DNA of 64,000 bases from an uncultured Litorivicinus sp. GTDB taxonomy: Bacteria; Pseudomonadota; Gammaproteobacteria; Pseudomonadales; Litorivicinaceae. The stretch spans positions 2,223 to 66,222 of the forward strand of contig CACAXU010000001.1 of assembly GCA_902536515.1 (NCBI GenBank), written 5' to 3'. Shown piece by piece: positions 10,156-21,917 of the stretch. The notes below the pieces were generated by a model. The model searched no databases. It was not told the origin of the DNA and saw nothing but the letters and a program-made list of their open reading frames with translations. The stretch's first letter is position 1, and each line of letters opens with the position of its first letter. The position numbers and the translations under genes were made by a program.

Positions 10156-11685
10156 ATGCGACCTAAACCCGTTGTACTGTTAATTTTAGATGGCTTTGGA
10201 ATCCGCGAAGGTGCGGATGACAATGCGATCTATCATGCAAGCACACCAACATTTGATCGTTTGGCTCAAAACGCCCCATATGCCCATTTGGAAACATCGG
10301 GTGAAGCAGTTGGTTTGCCAAAAGGCCAAATGGGCAACTCTGAAGTTGGTCACATGAATCTCGGGACTGGCCGCATTGTTTATCAGGATTTCACTCGTAT
10401 TAGTAAAGCAATCGATGAAGGCGACTTCGAAACCAACGAAGTCCTTGTCAGTGCGTGTCGTCAAGCTAAAGCTCAAGAAGGCACACTTCATGTTCTCGGA
10501 TTGTTAAGCCCAGGTGGTGTTCATAGCCACGAAGATCATATTGAAGCAATGATTGGCTTAGCAGATTCGTTGGGCGTTCCGATGACAAGACTACACGCCT
10601 TTTTGGATGGTCGGGATATGCCCCCAAAATCAGCGGAACCTTCGCTGGTCCGATTCCAACGGTTAGAAACGGTTCACACGAATTACAAACTCTCAAGCCT
10701 TTGCGGCCGCTACTATTCAATGGACCGTGACAATAATTGGGATCGCATCCGGAGCGCATTCAATCTGATCACCAAAAGCCAGGCTGAGTTCTCAGCAGGA
10801 ACGGCAGTTGAAGGCTTGCAACAAGCATACCAACGAGGCGAGACGGATGAATTTCTGAAGGCGACACGCCTCGGTGAATCCTGGGAAATGCGGCCTGAGG
10901 ATGTCGTCATCGTGATGAACTTCAGAGCCGATCGAGCGAAACAAATTACCAAAGCGCTTACGACGCATTTGCTTCCTGAGCTCAGTCGACCAAGCTGGAT
11001 TCAAGAAGTCGCTGTTTCGACACTGACACAGTATTCAGACGATCTGGGCGTACGCGTCGCCTTCCCCCCAGAACCGCTGACTAATACCCTTGGTGACGTC
11101 GTCTCAAATGCTGGATTATCGCAGCTACGAATTGCAGAAACGGAGAAATACGCTCACGTCACCTTTTTCTTTAGCGGCGGCCAAGAAGCCCACGTGACTG
11201 GAGAACACCGCGAACTCATCCCCTCTCCAAAAGTTGCGACTTATGATTTGCAGCCCGAAATGAGTGCTCCTGAAGTGACAGCTTATCTCGTCGATGCCAT
11301 CTCATCTCAGAAATTTGATTTTATCGTGTGCAACTACGCAAATGGCGATATGGTCGGTCATACCGGGAATTTCGATGCAACCGTCAAGGCAGTTGAAGCG
11401 CTTGATCAGGCAGTTGAGCTCGTACTGCAGGCATGTAATTCAGTTGGAGGTGCTTGCCTGATTACCGCCGATCACGGAAACGCTGAGCAGATGATCGATC
11501 CAGATAACGGACAACCATTCACAGCACATACGACCGGACCCGTACCGATTTGGTTAGGCGCGAATCCTGTGAACGCATCAGGCCTTTCGGCAGGAGCCTT
11601 ACAAGACGTCGCTCCAACACTACTCGCACTTCTCGGCATGGATCAACCCGCAGAAATGACCGGTCGGTCGCTCCTGAAATTCTAA
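10156..11685 (+). CDS. gpmI: 2,3-bisphosphoglycerate-independent phosphoglycerate mutase
   Basis: LILDGFG, QMGNSEVGH, AETEKYAHVTFF, DMVGHTG, TADHGNAE. Confidence 0.97.
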   Translation: MRPKPVVLLILDGFGIREGADDNAIYHASTPTFDRLAQNAPYAHLETSGEAVGLPKGQMGNSEVGHMNLGTGRIVYQDFTRISKAIDEGDFETNEVLVSACRQAKAQEGTLHVLGLLSPGGVHSHEDHIEAMIGLADSLGVPMTRLHAFLDGRDMPPKSAEPSLVRFQRLETVHTNYKLSSLCGRYYSMDRDNNWDRIRSAFNLITKSQAEFSAGTAVEGLQQAYQRGETDEFLKATRLGESWEMRPEDVVIVMNFRADRAKQITKALTTHLLPELSRPSWIQEVAVSTLTQYSDDLGVRVAFPPEPLTNTLGDVVSNAGLSQLRIAETEKYAHVTFFFSGGQEAHVTGEHRELIPSPKVATYDLQPEMSAPEVTAYLVDAISSQKFDFIVCNYANGDMVGHTGNFDATVKAVEALDQAVELVLQACNSVGGACLITADHGNAEQMIDPDNGQPFTAHTTGPVPIWLGANPVNASGLSAGALQDVAPTLLALLGMDQPAEMTGRSLLKF

Positions 11686-12770
11686 TGCATCGGATCCTCT
11701 GGTTATCGATCGCTCTATGGAGCATTCAGAGCCAGGCGAATGAAATTCGTGACGCAGAGACGCAACGTCAGAAGGCTGAGCAACAACTAAAAACGCTGAA
11801 GCAAGATGTTCAGCTGAATACAAAAAAACTGAAGGTCATTGAGTCTGAGCTCAATCGTCTGAACTTGGAATCAAAAAAACTCACCCGCGAAATTACCTCC
11901 TCTGAACAATTACTTCGCGAGTTAACCGAAACACAGAAAACGACAGAAGAGAACATCAACGGGATTGCCTTAGAATTAAAAAATTTGATTGAACAATATC
12001 GCACAGAGTTGGTTGCTTATTACGTCACTGGATCAACATTGCGATCAAATGCAGCCACTGACAATAAACTGGCCGACTACTATCCGTTCCTTCTCGATGC
12101 ACGACAAAATAATGCACGTGCGATTGAGCAAAAAGCCGACGATCTCCGCTCCCTGCTTGCAGAACAAGAGCAACAGACGCAAATCGCACGAAAAACATTG
12201 CTCGACTTGACCGATACAAGGGATGCGTTATCACAAAAAACCCGGGACCAACGACAAATATTGGCGAGTATTAGTCGCAAACTGAAAACGAAACAACAGC
12301 GGGAGGATGCGTTGAACTCAGATCTCCAATCCCTTGATCGCCGCATTAAGTCGCTACAACTTCAATCTGGTAGCGCAGGGCTTAAATCCCTCAAAGGAAA
12401 AATGCAATGGCCCGTTGACGGTCGCGTACTCAGACGGTTTGGGCAAAACCGGCAAGATGGTTTTGGCGATTGGCAGGGGCTTGTGATCGGTACGACGGAT
12501 AACAGCGAAGTGAAGGCTGTACAAACAGGCAAAGTGGCTTATGCCGGATATCTCCTTGGCTATGGCCTGGTCGTGGTCATTGCCCACAACGACGGTCATG
12601 CGACGATTTATGGCCATAACCAAAGTTTAACAGTTGAAACCGGTCAAATCGTTTTAACGAGGCAAGTGATTGCGATTGCTGGAAATACAGGTAGTCTGGA
12701 TGTCACAGCGTTATATTTTGGAGTGACTAGAAATGGAAAGCCAGTCAATCCAAGCTCATGGGTAAATTGA
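11685..12770 (+). CDS. envC: Murein hydrolase activator EnvC-like (coiled coil + degenerate M23)
   Basis: Signal peptide, long coiled coil, WPVDG, YGHNQ; gpmI-envC-ctpA synteny; start at TAATG overlap. Confidence 0.85.
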   Translation: MHRILWLSIALWSIQSQANEIRDAETQRQKAEQQLKTLKQDVQLNTKKLKVIESELNRLNLESKKLTREITSSEQLLRELTETQKTTEENINGIALELKNLIEQYRTELVAYYVTGSTLRSNAATDNKLADYYPFLLDARQNNARAIEQKADDLRSLLAEQEQQTQIARKTLLDLTDTRDALSQKTRDQRQILASISRKLKTKQQREDALNSDLQSLDRRIKSLQLQSGSAGLKSLKGKMQWPVDGRVLRRFGQNRQDGFGDWQGLVIGTTDNSEVKAVQTGKVAYAGYLLGYGLVVVIAHNDGHATIYGHNQSLTVETGQIVLTRQVIAIAGNTGSLDVTALYFGVTRNGKPVNPSSWVN

Positions 12771-12777
12771 GAAAATA

Positions 12778-14028
12778 ATGAAAGACATTCGAAACATTCT
12801 GCACTTTCTTCTTATCGTTCCTTTAGCCGCTCAGGCCACAGAGCGGTCATCTGACGTTGAATCATTAGATGCGTTACGTGCTTTCGTTGAAGTCTATGAG
12901 CATATCAAAGGCGAATATGTTGAAGAAATTGATGACCAAACATTACTAAATGATGCCATTAATGGCATGTTGACAAGGCTTGACCCGCATTCGGGTTACC
13001 TCAAACCACGCGATGTTTCGAGTCTTCGAGACTCAACATCTGGTTCATTTGGCGGAATCGGGATCGAAATGGATGTGATCGATGGTCTTATCGAAGTCAT
13101 TGCACCGATCGATGACTCTCCCGCCTCACGTGCAGGAATTCTCGCAAAAGATATCATTACTCACGTTGACGACGAACCTCTGCGAAATATTAGCCTCCAA
13201 GAAGCCATTGAAATCTTACGCGGCCCTCTCGGATCGGTTGTCACTCTTGGCATTCTCAGGGAGGTCGAGGGCCAGCCTCAAGAAGTCACCGTGTCACTCG
13301 AGCGCGCAGTCATCCGAGTTACGAGTGTTAGGCATGAAATGCTACCCCACGGTATTGGTTACCTGCGAATCTCGCAGTTTCAAAATCGCACAGGTCCAGA
13401 TTTGATTAGTGCAATTAGCAATTTCCAATCTCAGGGCGAATTCAATGGGTTAATTCTTGATTTAAGAAATAACCCTGGTGGGGTTTTATCGGCCGCAATC
13501 GAAGTTACCGATGCGTTCATCAATGAGGGATTGATTGTAAGCACGAAAGGCCGTGATGAGTTTTTAGATTCGAAATATGAGGCGACTAACGAGACAGTCT
13601 CGGCCGATCAACCAATTGTTGTTTTAATCAACGGCGGCTCAGCATCTGCAGCTGAAATCGTTGCTGGCGCGTTACAAGATCACGAGCGTGCTGTTGTGAT
13701 CGGCACTCCATCGTTTGGGAAAGGCTCTGTCCAAACAATCTTAGCGCTCGAAAACAAATACGCACTCAAACTTACGACCGCGCTTTATTACACACCAAAT
13801 GGCCGGTCAATTCAGGCCACGGGCATCCAACCAACAATTCAAGTATCCGAGGGAGAAGCACTAATTGAGACCGATACCCGGATGCGTGAAGCAGATTTAC
13901 CAAAGCATTTAGAGAATGCCAGTGAGCAAGCTAGAAGCAGCGACAAAATCGCCGATCGGCTAACCGAAGACAATCAGCTTCTTCACGCATACAACCTACT
14001 ACGCGGTTCGCAGTTGTTGGTTCGTTAG
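12778..14028 (+). CDS. ctpA: Carboxyl-terminal processing protease, S41 family
   Basis: [44 protein letters not shown]. Confidence 0.93.
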   Translation: MKDIRNILHFLLIVPLAAQATERSSDVESLDALRAFVEVYEHIKGEYVEEIDDQTLLNDAINGMLTRLDPHSGYLKPRDVSSLRDSTSGSFGGIGIEMDVIDGLIEVIAPIDDSPASRAGILAKDIITHVDDEPLRNISLQEAIEILRGPLGSVVTLGILREVEGQPQEVTVSLERAVIRVTSVRHEMLPHGIGYLRISQFQNRTGPDLISAISNFQSQGEFNGLILDLRNNPGGVLSAAIEVTDAFINEGLIVSTKGRDEFLDSKYEATNETVSADQPIVVLINGGSASAAEIVAGALQDHERAVVIGTPSFGKGSVQTILALENKYALKLTTALYYTPNGRSIQATGIQPTIQVSEGEALIETDTRMREADLPKHLENASEQARSSDKIADRLTEDNQLLHAYNLLRGSQLLVR

Positions 14029-14786
14029 AGGCGAACGTCAATCCCCGCGGCCGCCATTACCTCTTTTGCTTCACAAATCGTGTACTGCGCGAAATGAAAA
14101 ATACTCGCAGCTAGAACGGCTTCAGCATGACCTTGAACAATACCATCGACCAAGTGATTGAGATTACCAACACCGCCAGATGCAATCACAGGGACAGTCA
14201 CAGCATCTGCTACAGATCGCGTTAAGCCCAAATCAAAACCATCGCGTGTGCCATCTCGATCCATCGAGGTCAAGAGAATTTCGCCTGCGCCGTAAGAGAC
14301 CATTCGCACAGCCCACTCGACAGCATCCCGTCCCGTAGGCTTTCGACCACCATGAGTAAAAATTTCCCAACGGTCTTGCCCAACTTGCTTTGCATCAATT
14401 GCAACCACAATACACTGTGATCCAAACTTTTCCGCTGCTTTTTTGACCAATTCAGGCTCAAAAACAGCCGCCGTGTTAATCGAAACTTTATCGGCTCCAG
14501 ACAATAATAGATCACGAATATTATCTGTGTTCCTCACTCCGCCACCGACGGTTAAGGGAATAAATACCTCACTCGCCATGCGAGACACCGTCTCATATGT
14601 CGTTGCTCTGTTTTCGTGACTGGCCGTGATATCCAAAAAGGTAATCTCATCGGCCCCTTCTTGATTATATCGGCGGCTGACTTCAACAGGATCACCCGCA
14701 TCACGGATATCCTCGAATTGGACGCCTTTGACGACCCGACCCTGATCAACATCTAGACAAGGGATGATACGCTTGGCAAGGCCCAC
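14025..14786 (-). CDS. hisF: Imidazole glycerol phosphate synthase cyclase subunit
   Basis: [31 protein letters not shown]. Confidence 0.97.
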   Translation of the reverse strand: MGLAKRIIPCLDVDQGRVVKGVQFEDIRDAGDPVEVSRRYNQEGADEITFLDITASHENRATTYETVSRMASEVFIPLTVGGGVRNTDNIRDLLLSGADKVSINTAAVFEPELVKKAAEKFGSQCIVVAIDAKQVGQDRWEIFTHGGRKPTGRDAVEWAVRMVSYGAGEILLTSMDRDGTRDGFDLGLTRSVADAVTVPVIASGGVGNLNHLVDGIVQGHAEAVLAASIFHFAQYTICEAKEVMAAAGIDVRL

Positions 14787-15518
14787 TTAGATGGACTCCA
14801 TCAATGCGATTGCTTCGGCCAAATCCAATGTACCTTCATAGATCGCACGGCCAGTAATTACACCAATAACACCATCGGACTCAACGGCCAATAAAGCAGT
14901 CACGTCACTTAAACTTTTTAACCCACCCGACGCGATGACCGAACATCCTGTCTCTCTCGCGAGTGACGCAGTTGCATCAACATTGACCCCAGATAACATG
15001 CCGTCGCGACCAATATCGGTATAAACGACAGAAGCCACGCCAACGTCGGCAAAACGTTTCACAACCTCAGTCGCTGATGTGGTACTTTTTTCTGCCCAAC
15101 CTTCAGTTGCAACCCAGCCATCTTTGGCATCAACGCCAACGATGATATGACCCGGAAATTGCTGACAGGCCTCGGTCACAAACTCAGGCTCTTTAACGGC
15201 TTGAGTTCCGATAATCACCCATGACAAACCGAGGTCGAGGTAGGCTTCCACAGTGGCAAGATCGCGAACTCCTCCACCAAGCTGAACAGGTAATTGTGGA
15301 AACTTTGCAAGAATGCAGGCAACCGCCTCTTTATTTTCGGGCTTTCCTGCAAACGCACCATCGAGATCGACCACATGCAAGCGTTCAGCACCTGCTTCAA
15401 ACCAACGCGACGCTGTCGCCACTGGATCATCGGAATATACCGTCGCATCATCTATACGACCCTGACGTAACCGTACACAGGTTCCATTTTTTAAATCAAT
15501 CGCAGGAATAATCAGCAT
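14787..15518 (-). CDS. hisA: ProFAR isomerase
   Basis: [28 protein letters not shown]; start at ATG 15518. Confidence 0.96.
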   Translation of the reverse strand: MLIIPAIDLKNGTCVRLRQGRIDDATVYSDDPVATASRWFEAGAERLHVVDLDGAFAGKPENKEAVACILAKFPQLPVQLGGGVRDLATVEAYLDLGLSWVIIGTQAVKEPEFVTEACQQFPGHIIVGVDAKDGWVATEGWAEKSTTSATEVVKRFADVGVASVVYTDIGRDGMLSGVNVDATASLARETGCSVIASGGLKSLSDVTALLAVESDGVIGVITGRAIYEGTLDLAEAIALMESI

Positions 15519-16153
15519 GCCCCGTCCCAAGTCAAAAAGTTTCGATAAAGCTGAATACCAGCATCATGAGATTTTTCAGGATGGAACTGCACCGCAAAGA
15601 CATTGGGCTTCGAAAGTGCTGCCACAAACAGCGCACCATGCTCGCAGATTCCAACTGCACACTCTGCCGTGGCATCGGCATACCGATAACTGTGCACGAA
15701 ATAAAAACGTGTCCGATCGGCTATCCCGTTCCACATTGGATGCTGACGTTGTTCTACCTCGTTCCAGCCCATATGTGGAACTTTCAACGCTTGTCCCTTC
15801 GGATTTTTCATCGATTTAGAGAATTGCGTAATATGCCCAGGAAACACACCTAACGCATGGACACCAGCGTTCTCCTCACCAGACTCGGTCAGGATTTGCA
15901 TGCCAACACAAACACCCATCAGCGGTTTTTCGTGGATGACCTTGAGTACGACCAAATCAAGCCGTCGTTCCTGAAGACCTTGCATGCAGTCACCCATTGC
16001 ACCCACACCGGGAAGCACGACACGGTCGGCAGACTGAATTTCGTTAGCGTCGGCAGTGACAAGCACACGGCTCTGTCCGGCATGCTCAATCGCTTTGGCA
16101 ACACTGTGCAAATTCCCAGACCCGTAATCAATGACGGCGACTGTTTGCGTCAT
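15512..16153 (-). CDS. hisH: Imidazole glycerol phosphate synthase glutaminase subunit
   Basis: [33 protein letters not shown]. Confidence 0.97.
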   Translation of the reverse strand: MTQTVAVIDYGSGNLHSVAKAIEHAGQSRVLVTADANEIQSADRVVLPGVGAMGDCMQGLQERRLDLVVLKVIHEKPLMGVCVGMQILTESGEENAGVHALGVFPGHITQFSKSMKNPKGQALKVPHMGWNEVEQRQHPMWNGIADRTRFYFVHSYRYADATAECAVGICEHGALFVAALSKPNVFAVQFHPEKSHDAGIQLYRNFLTWDGAC

Positions 16154-16747
16154 TTACAGCGATCCTTTCGTCGACGGGATAATCCCACCCATCCGAGAAT
16201 CTGGGCTCAATGCCATCCGCAGAGCTCGGCCGAAGGCTTTAAAAACTGTTTCAATTTGATGATGAGAATTATCACCTTTGAGATTATCGATATGCAAAGT
16301 CACCTGCGCATGATTCACAAATCCCTGGAAGAACTCGCGGAACAAATCAACATCGAAACCTCCAACAGCCGAGCGGGTAAAAGGTATATCGTAGAATAAG
16401 CCCGGTCGCCCGGAAAAATCGATCACGACTCGGCTGAGTGCCTCATCGAGTGGCACATAGGCATGCCCATAACGCGTCATCCCTTTTTTATCACCGACGG
16501 CTTCAGCAAAGGCCTGCCCAAGGGTTATCCCAACATCTTCAACAGTGTGATGGTCATCTATCTCTAAATCCCCAGTCGCCTGAATCGATAGGTCAACTAG
16601 TCCGTGCCGTGAGACTTGATCAAGCATATGCTCAAAAAACGGAATGCCTGTTTTAAATTTCCCGACACCGGTTCCATCAAGATTTAGGTCGATTTGAATC
16701 TGTGTTTCTAATGTATTTCGTTCGACTGAGGCAATACGATCTGCCAT
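16154..16747 (-). CDS. hisB: Imidazoleglycerol-phosphate dehydratase (monofunctional)
   Basis: [28 protein letters not shown]. Confidence 0.97.
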   Translation of the reverse strand: MADRIASVERNTLETQIQIDLNLDGTGVGKFKTGIPFFEHMLDQVSRHGLVDLSIQATGDLEIDDHHTVEDVGITLGQAFAEAVGDKKGMTRYGHAYVPLDEALSRVVIDFSGRPGLFYDIPFTRSAVGGFDVDLFREFFQGFVNHAQVTLHIDNLKGDNSHHQIETVFKAFGRALRMALSPDSRMGGIIPSTKGSL

Positions 16748-16818
16748 GGCCTGTTCCTTAAGCCGTTAAAAACACCGTAGTATAACGGGACTGGGTCTGA
16801 CTGACGACAGAGGGTGTC

Positions 16819-18702
16819 ATGCGAATTTTCAAAGCTTTTCTCATGCTGGTGATGGTTTCCATTGTCGCTGTTGCGGCTTCAGTGACCTACATCACACAGG
16901 TTCTCGACCCAAATGACCTGAAGTCGACGTTAATCGAAACCGCAAAAAAGCAACAAATTTCCTTACAATTAGATGGAGATATTGCTTGGAGTTTCTGGCC
17001 ATGGTTTGGAATTACGGTAGAAAATGTTCAAGCGAACGCGGCGAATTGGACCTTTACAGCAGATCAACTGGAAGGTTCTCTTTCATTTTTATCGATTTTG
17101 TCTGACACCATCGTCATCGATGAACTGACTGCAATGTCTCCCAGAGTCAGGTTTGATCTGAGTAAATCTTTAAATGCTGATCATTCCAAAAAAGAGTCTT
17201 CAGAAAGCTCAAACAAGACAATATTGATCCGGCAGTTAGCGATTCAAAGTGGCGCGATTGAGGGTTTACTACCTGGACTGAAGCTCAATAGATTGAATTT
17301 ATCGGTAGATTCTCTCAGCCCCGCGACGGCGAGCCGCCTTGAACTCGAGACCTATATTGAATGGGATGGGAAACAAGCGCCTTTGAAGATCAACGCACAA
17401 ATCATTCCAACCGCCGCCTTCGATGGCCTAACCGTTCGTGACCTTAAGTTACAGTCCCGCGATTTAACACTTGGCTATGATGGTTACCTTAGTGCTTCCA
17501 AATCAGGACAATTTAGTGGAGAGGGCCAACTGTCTGTCGCTGAGTTACCCCTGCGACAATGGCTTAGAGCAGGTAATTTTGCCGTTCCAAAGACAAATGA
17601 ATTGGATAGGTTTAACCGCTTCCAATTAAACACCGGTCTCAAAGTGTCTAGCGACCTCATCAGTCTCCGACCGTTTGCTTTGGTGTTGGATGAAACATCA
17701 ATTGATGGACGCGTTGACTTGCAATTGAATCCGCTCAATGTTGATTTAGAGCTCTTAGCGGATACGCTTAATTTAGATAACTATTTGACAACTGGGTCAG
17801 ATGCAGACTCAGAACAATCAGATCTGCCTTCCGGTTTACTCGGCACTTACAAAGTTGATATTGGCTCATTGATCGTAAAGCAACGTGAATTGACTAACGT
17901 TGGTCTAGATCTTGGAATCGGTGCGGACGAGGTTACACTCGGACGCTTGGATGCCGAATTATTTGGTGGCGAGCTTCGCGCTGCTGGTACTCATCTGATT
18001 GCCCCACAAATTACAAATTTGACCGGTACAGTCAACGGGATTCAGCTGTCGCAGTTTCAATTCACGAAACCTCTGGACACCCTATCCGGATCACTACAGA
18101 CGACCTTTGACTTGAGAGCGGCAGGGCGAACTCAAGATGAAATGATGACATCTGTATCCGGGCCTGTCCGCGCAAAGATAGCAAATGCGTTTTTGGGACC
18201 ACTGAATACATCAGATGTCATTTGTCAAACCGCCGATTCAGAGCGAAATTTGAGCGCAAACACAGCAGATTCGCTTGCCCTGAAAGCTGATTTTCAAGAA
18301 GGCATTGCCGTAATCGATTCTATAGATGCAACCGTTGCGAATATTGCCATCCAAGGAAATGGACGAATTAGCCTCGTTTCTACCGCATCAAATATCCAAG
18401 GATCGATCAAGATACCCAGTGATGGTGTTATCGGTTCATGTACTGCGCCAAAGGCACTTAACGGTGTATCGATCCCTCTTTCTTGTCGAGGTCAATTGCG
18501 GAACGAGTCGCTACAGTGCAGTTTAGACGAGAAGGCACTGAATCAAGCGATCGGCAAATCAGCTCAGAATGAATTGAGAAAACAAGCTGATGAAAAATTA
18601 AAAGCCACTGAGCACCAATTGAAATTGTCTGTTGACAAGGCGATCAAGCAAAAGCTCGATAACGAAGGCCCTAATTTACTGGAAAATCTTTTGAATCGAT
18701 GA
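16819..18702 (+). CDS. asmA: AsmA family protein
   Basis: N-terminal anchor, DPNDLK, LDGDIAWSFWPWFG, LNLDNYL; hisB/asmA-mutY-yggX synteny. Confidence 0.8.
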   Translation: MRIFKAFLMLVMVSIVAVAASVTYITQVLDPNDLKSTLIETAKKQQISLQLDGDIAWSFWPWFGITVENVQANAANWTFTADQLEGSLSFLSILSDTIVIDELTAMSPRVRFDLSKSLNADHSKKESSESSNKTILIRQLAIQSGAIEGLLPGLKLNRLNLSVDSLSPATASRLELETYIEWDGKQAPLKINAQIIPTAAFDGLTVRDLKLQSRDLTLGYDGYLSASKSGQFSGEGQLSVAELPLRQWLRAGNFAVPKTNELDRFNRFQLNTGLKVSSDLISLRPFALVLDETSIDGRVDLQLNPLNVDLELLADTLNLDNYLTTGSDADSEQSDLPSGLLGTYKVDIGSLIVKQRELTNVGLDLGIGADEVTLGRLDAELFGGELRAAGTHLIAPQITNLTGTVNGIQLSQFQFTKPLDTLSGSLQTTFDLRAAGRTQDEMMTSVSGPVRAKIANAFLGPLNTSDVICQTADSERNLSANTADSLALKADFQEGIAVIDSIDATVANIAIQGNGRISLVSTASNIQGSIKIPSDGVIGSCTAPKALNGVSIPLSCRGQLRNESLQCSLDEKALNQAIGKSAQNELRKQADEKLKATEHQLKLSVDKAIKQKLDNEGPNLLENLLNR

Positions 18703-19715
18703 TCAAAAATTTTTCACAACGCCTAGCGGTTTGGCAAAAACAATATGGTCGCCACGAGCTACCGTGGCAGCGGCAGGGAGGTTACGCAACGTGGGTCTCA
18801 GAAATTATGCTACAGCAGACTCAGGTTCAGGTGGTTGTGCCGTACTTTCAAAAATTCATACAAGAATTTCCGACCATCAGTGATCTTGCAAGCGCGTCGC
18901 TAGATTCAGTACTCGCTCACTGGGCTGGTCTCGGATATTACACGAGAGCACGGAATTTGCATAAAGCAGCCAAAATTATTGTCAGTGACCACCATTGTGA
19001 GATCCCAAAAGATCTCGATCTATTGGTTCAGCTGCCAGGGATCGGGCGGTCAACAGCAGGAGCTATCCTATCCTTAGGCTTCGGATTACGTGGTGTCATA
19101 CAAGACGGCAATGTGCGACGAGTGTTTTCTCGCTTGTTCTGTATTCAGGGTGATCTCTCGAAAGCTACCGCCCAGAAAATATTGTGGGAACTTGCCGACC
19201 AACTGACACCAAAGTCTGGGCCTGATGCGTGCATCCACACCCAAGCAATGATGGATCTGGGATCTATAGTTTGTCGGCGGAGGAAGCCGACATGCCAGCT
19301 TTGCCCGTTCGCTGATGACTGCCAAGCCAATCAACGCGGAGAAGTAATGCTTTTCCCGGAACCAAACCGTGTAAAACAAAGACCTGATGAAACTTGGGTT
19401 GTCTTGCAACTTGAAAATGAGCGGAATGAAACTCTATTTCTACGGAGGCCACCTGAAGGGATTTGGGGGGGCCTCTATGCACCTCACATTGATTCATCGC
19501 TATCTAAAATTGGCGAACAAATTAAGACTGTTGACGTACTTGAGGCTGAATATCAGGGTGAACTGACACATGCTTTTAGCCACTTTAAAGTTCATCTAGA
19601 ACATTACAGGTTAAGAGTCCACTCTCAAGATATTACGGAGGTCGGTATGTGGCGATCAATTGATCGCTTAAAAAAAGGAGTTCCAGGCCCCATCAATAAA
19701 CTGTTGAATATTTGA
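18699..19715 (+). CDS. mutY: A/G-specific adenine glycosylase
   Basis: WVSEIMLQQTQV, GLGYY.RARNL, HhH LPGIGRSTAGAI, DGNV, Fe-S motif C-x6-C-x2-C-x5-C. Confidence 0.95.
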   Translation: MIKNFSQRLAVWQKQYGRHELPWQRQGGYATWVSEIMLQQTQVQVVVPYFQKFIQEFPTISDLASASLDSVLAHWAGLGYYTRARNLHKAAKIIVSDHHCEIPKDLDLLVQLPGIGRSTAGAILSLGFGLRGVIQDGNVRRVFSRLFCIQGDLSKATAQKILWELADQLTPKSGPDACIHTQAMMDLGSIVCRRRKPTCQLCPFADDCQANQRGEVMLFPEPNRVKQRPDETWVVLQLENERNETLFLRRPPEGIWGGLYAPHIDSSLSKIGEQIKTVDVLEAEYQGELTHAFSHFKVHLEHYRLRVHSQDITEVGMWRSIDRLKKGVPGPINKLLNI

Positions 19716-19724
19716 GGATGTTAT

Positions 19725-19997
19725 ATGACCAGATTAGTGCTCTGCCGAAAATACCAACAGGAGTTGCCCGGCTTGCCTGTGCCTCCTCTTCCTGGCGCAG
19801 CGGGAGTCGATATTTTTGAAAACATCTCAGAAAAAGCATGGAAAGAGTGGCAGAATAACCAAACGATGCTTATCAATGAACACCGGCTTAACTTGATGGA
19901 TCCGGATGCTCGTAAATTTCTGTTGCAAGAAATGCATCGTTTTTTCGATAACCAAGAATACGCGAAGCCAGAGGGGTATGTTCCGCCTACAAGTTGA
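19725..19997 (+). CDS. yggX: Oxidative damage protection / Fe(II)-trafficking protein
   Basis: [14 protein letters not shown]...QTMLINE.RL. Confidence 0.93.
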   Translation: MTRLVLCRKYQQELPGLPVPPLPGAAGVDIFENISEKAWKEWQNNQTMLINEHRLNLMDPDARKFLLQEMHRFFDNQEYAKPEGYVPPTS

Positions 19998-20030
19998 CAG
20001 CGTTTGAGTATTTCTGTTCAATACGCGGCC
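19994..20030 (+). promoter_or_regulatory. Sigma-70 promoter for tRNA-Phe with GC-rich discriminator
   Basis: TTGACA (19994-19999), 17-nt spacer, TTCAAT (20017-20022), then ACGCGGCC. Confidence 0.6.
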
Positions 20031-20040
20031 TACTCAAAGA

Positions 20041-20116
<76 letters not shown>

Positions 20117-20170
20117 CTTTCAGACACCCTTTGATGTTCATGTCACACCTCGGTCACACAGGAGTGGCAC

Positions 20171-20640
20171 ATGGTGTCTATTTGTAAACGAAACAATTGC
20201 TGGCAAGTCCAGGTTCGCAGTCGCGTCTAAGGCAATATTTCGAAAAGCTTTCATCTAAAATCCGATACTGAGAAGTGGTAATCGAACCAGAAGCTTTAAA
20301 GCAGTCTAGCCAACGGTACAGAAACGTGAATTCGATTCACGGCTCTGATACCTGTTTTGGTGAATATCTGAGCGATGTACCCCAAAGGAACGACATCCAG
20401 ATTTCGAGAAAAGGCGATTTAATTGACTTCTCAAAGATCCAATCGCAGCCCATTACTTGGGGGGACCTTTGACTCAGCCACTGCGGTTCAATTCCGGGCT
20501 CGTCGGCTCGCCCACAGACCACGAACTAAGGAATACGATCTAGTCCTTCTTCGGCATGCTTAGAATATCGCCAAGCTTGTGTGGGGCTGTGCCCTTGGTC
20601 CTAACACCTTAGAGAAAATCGTACGCCCGCACCTACCATA
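20171..20640 (+). pseudogene. Tyrosine integrase remnant 1 (arm-binding and core-binding part only)
   Basis: Manual translation over stops and frameshifts: MVSICKRNNCWQVQVRSRV*GNISKSFHLKSDTEKW ... KRRFN*LLKDPIA ... QFRARRL..PRTKEYDLVLLRHA*NIAKLVWG; GGAG RBS; catalytic domain absent. Confidence 0.7.
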
Positions 20641-20664
20641 TCCGGCGGTATTGCAGGTACAGCA

Positions 20665-21824
20665 ATGAGTACAACATGTTCTGCTGTTCCATACACCTAT
20701 TGCAAACGTGGTGTGTATTACTTTGGGAGAGGCATTCCTAGCGATGTACGAATGTTCTATCGCAGTGATCGGGTCATTCAAAGTCTGCACACAATGTCAC
20801 TGTACAGAACCTCTGGTGCATCAGAGAAACTGTTGTCTCGATTGTATGACTACTGGCTTGATCTGCGCCTGAAGCAAACAGACGTAACCGGTAGTTACTT
20901 GTTAGAAGAGTACTCATCGAAAACACATGGAACTACTGTTAGGCTTTATCCCACGTTGGGTCATGTATCTGATGTGTACAAACGAACCAAGGTTAAAGGT
21001 AGTTGGAAATCGTTTTCTACTCACACAGATGGTGCAGTTAGTTACGCTATTCAATTTTTAGCTAATAAAGACCTTAATGAGTACGCAACAATCGATACTG
21101 GTGAGTTCAGAGACTATTTGTTTGCAAAAAGTCTGAAACGATCGTCTGTATCCCGAAATTTACCATCGTAAAAGCCGTGGTGATTCTCTGTATCCGAGAT
21201 AAAGGATTAGAAATCAATGATCAGTTTGCCACGGTCTACATCCCCCAAGGCGAGAATCATACAAAGCGTCACTCGCTCACCATTGATCACGTCAAACTGC
21301 TTCAACAACGGTGCAGACAACAAGATGACTCACTACGTTGATTGGCCGCTCTAAACAGTGACACTGGAATGCGATTGGCAAAAGCCGTAGGACGATTAAA
21401 AGATGATCTCAAATTCATTTATGAAGCTCTGCATGCGGTCATTAGGAAATATTCATGGAGACCCTTAAAAACCTCAAGCGGCGAATGAATCATCAAATCA
21501 GTTGGATCCCGCTCTATAGGCCTCTGAGAGGCCTTCAGTCAGTGCTTCAGGGAAGTTTTTGTTTCCGAAATATGTTGATGGAATCGCTACTAATGCGAAC
21601 TCAGCAAATGCCGCACTGAATAAGTGGATGAAGACATTTTTACCTCAAAATTTGTCGTTTGTGAAATGCGTCATGCATTCAGAGATAGGTTGAGAGTGTT
21701 ATCTGCATCGACTGACATGATTGATCGGTTGGGTGGTTGGGGTTTGCAGAGTGTTGAGCAAGGCTATGAAGATGGCTATTCAATCAACGCTCGGTATGAA
21801 ATTTTATGTGATGCTTCGCTTTGA
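20665..21824 (+). pseudogene. Tyrosine integrase remnant 2 (DUF6538-like N-terminus)
   Basis: KRGVYYFGRGIPSDV N-terminus; DTGMRLAKAVG near 21360, WRPLKTSSG near 21455, ANSANAALNKW near 21595, MRHAFRDRLR...LGGW...GY to 21824; split by frameshifts and stops. Confidence 0.85.
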
Positions 21825-21917
21825 TATATCAGCATGATCCTGCATATTTAATGCAAATAAGTTGCATTTAGATTTAAAGAGTATAGAATCTTCTCAACGG
21901 ACATAAAACAAGGGAAC

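Noticed and set aside
12400-12770. Missing zinc ligands in the M23 domain
   Set aside because: Normal for EnvC, a known non-catalytic activator
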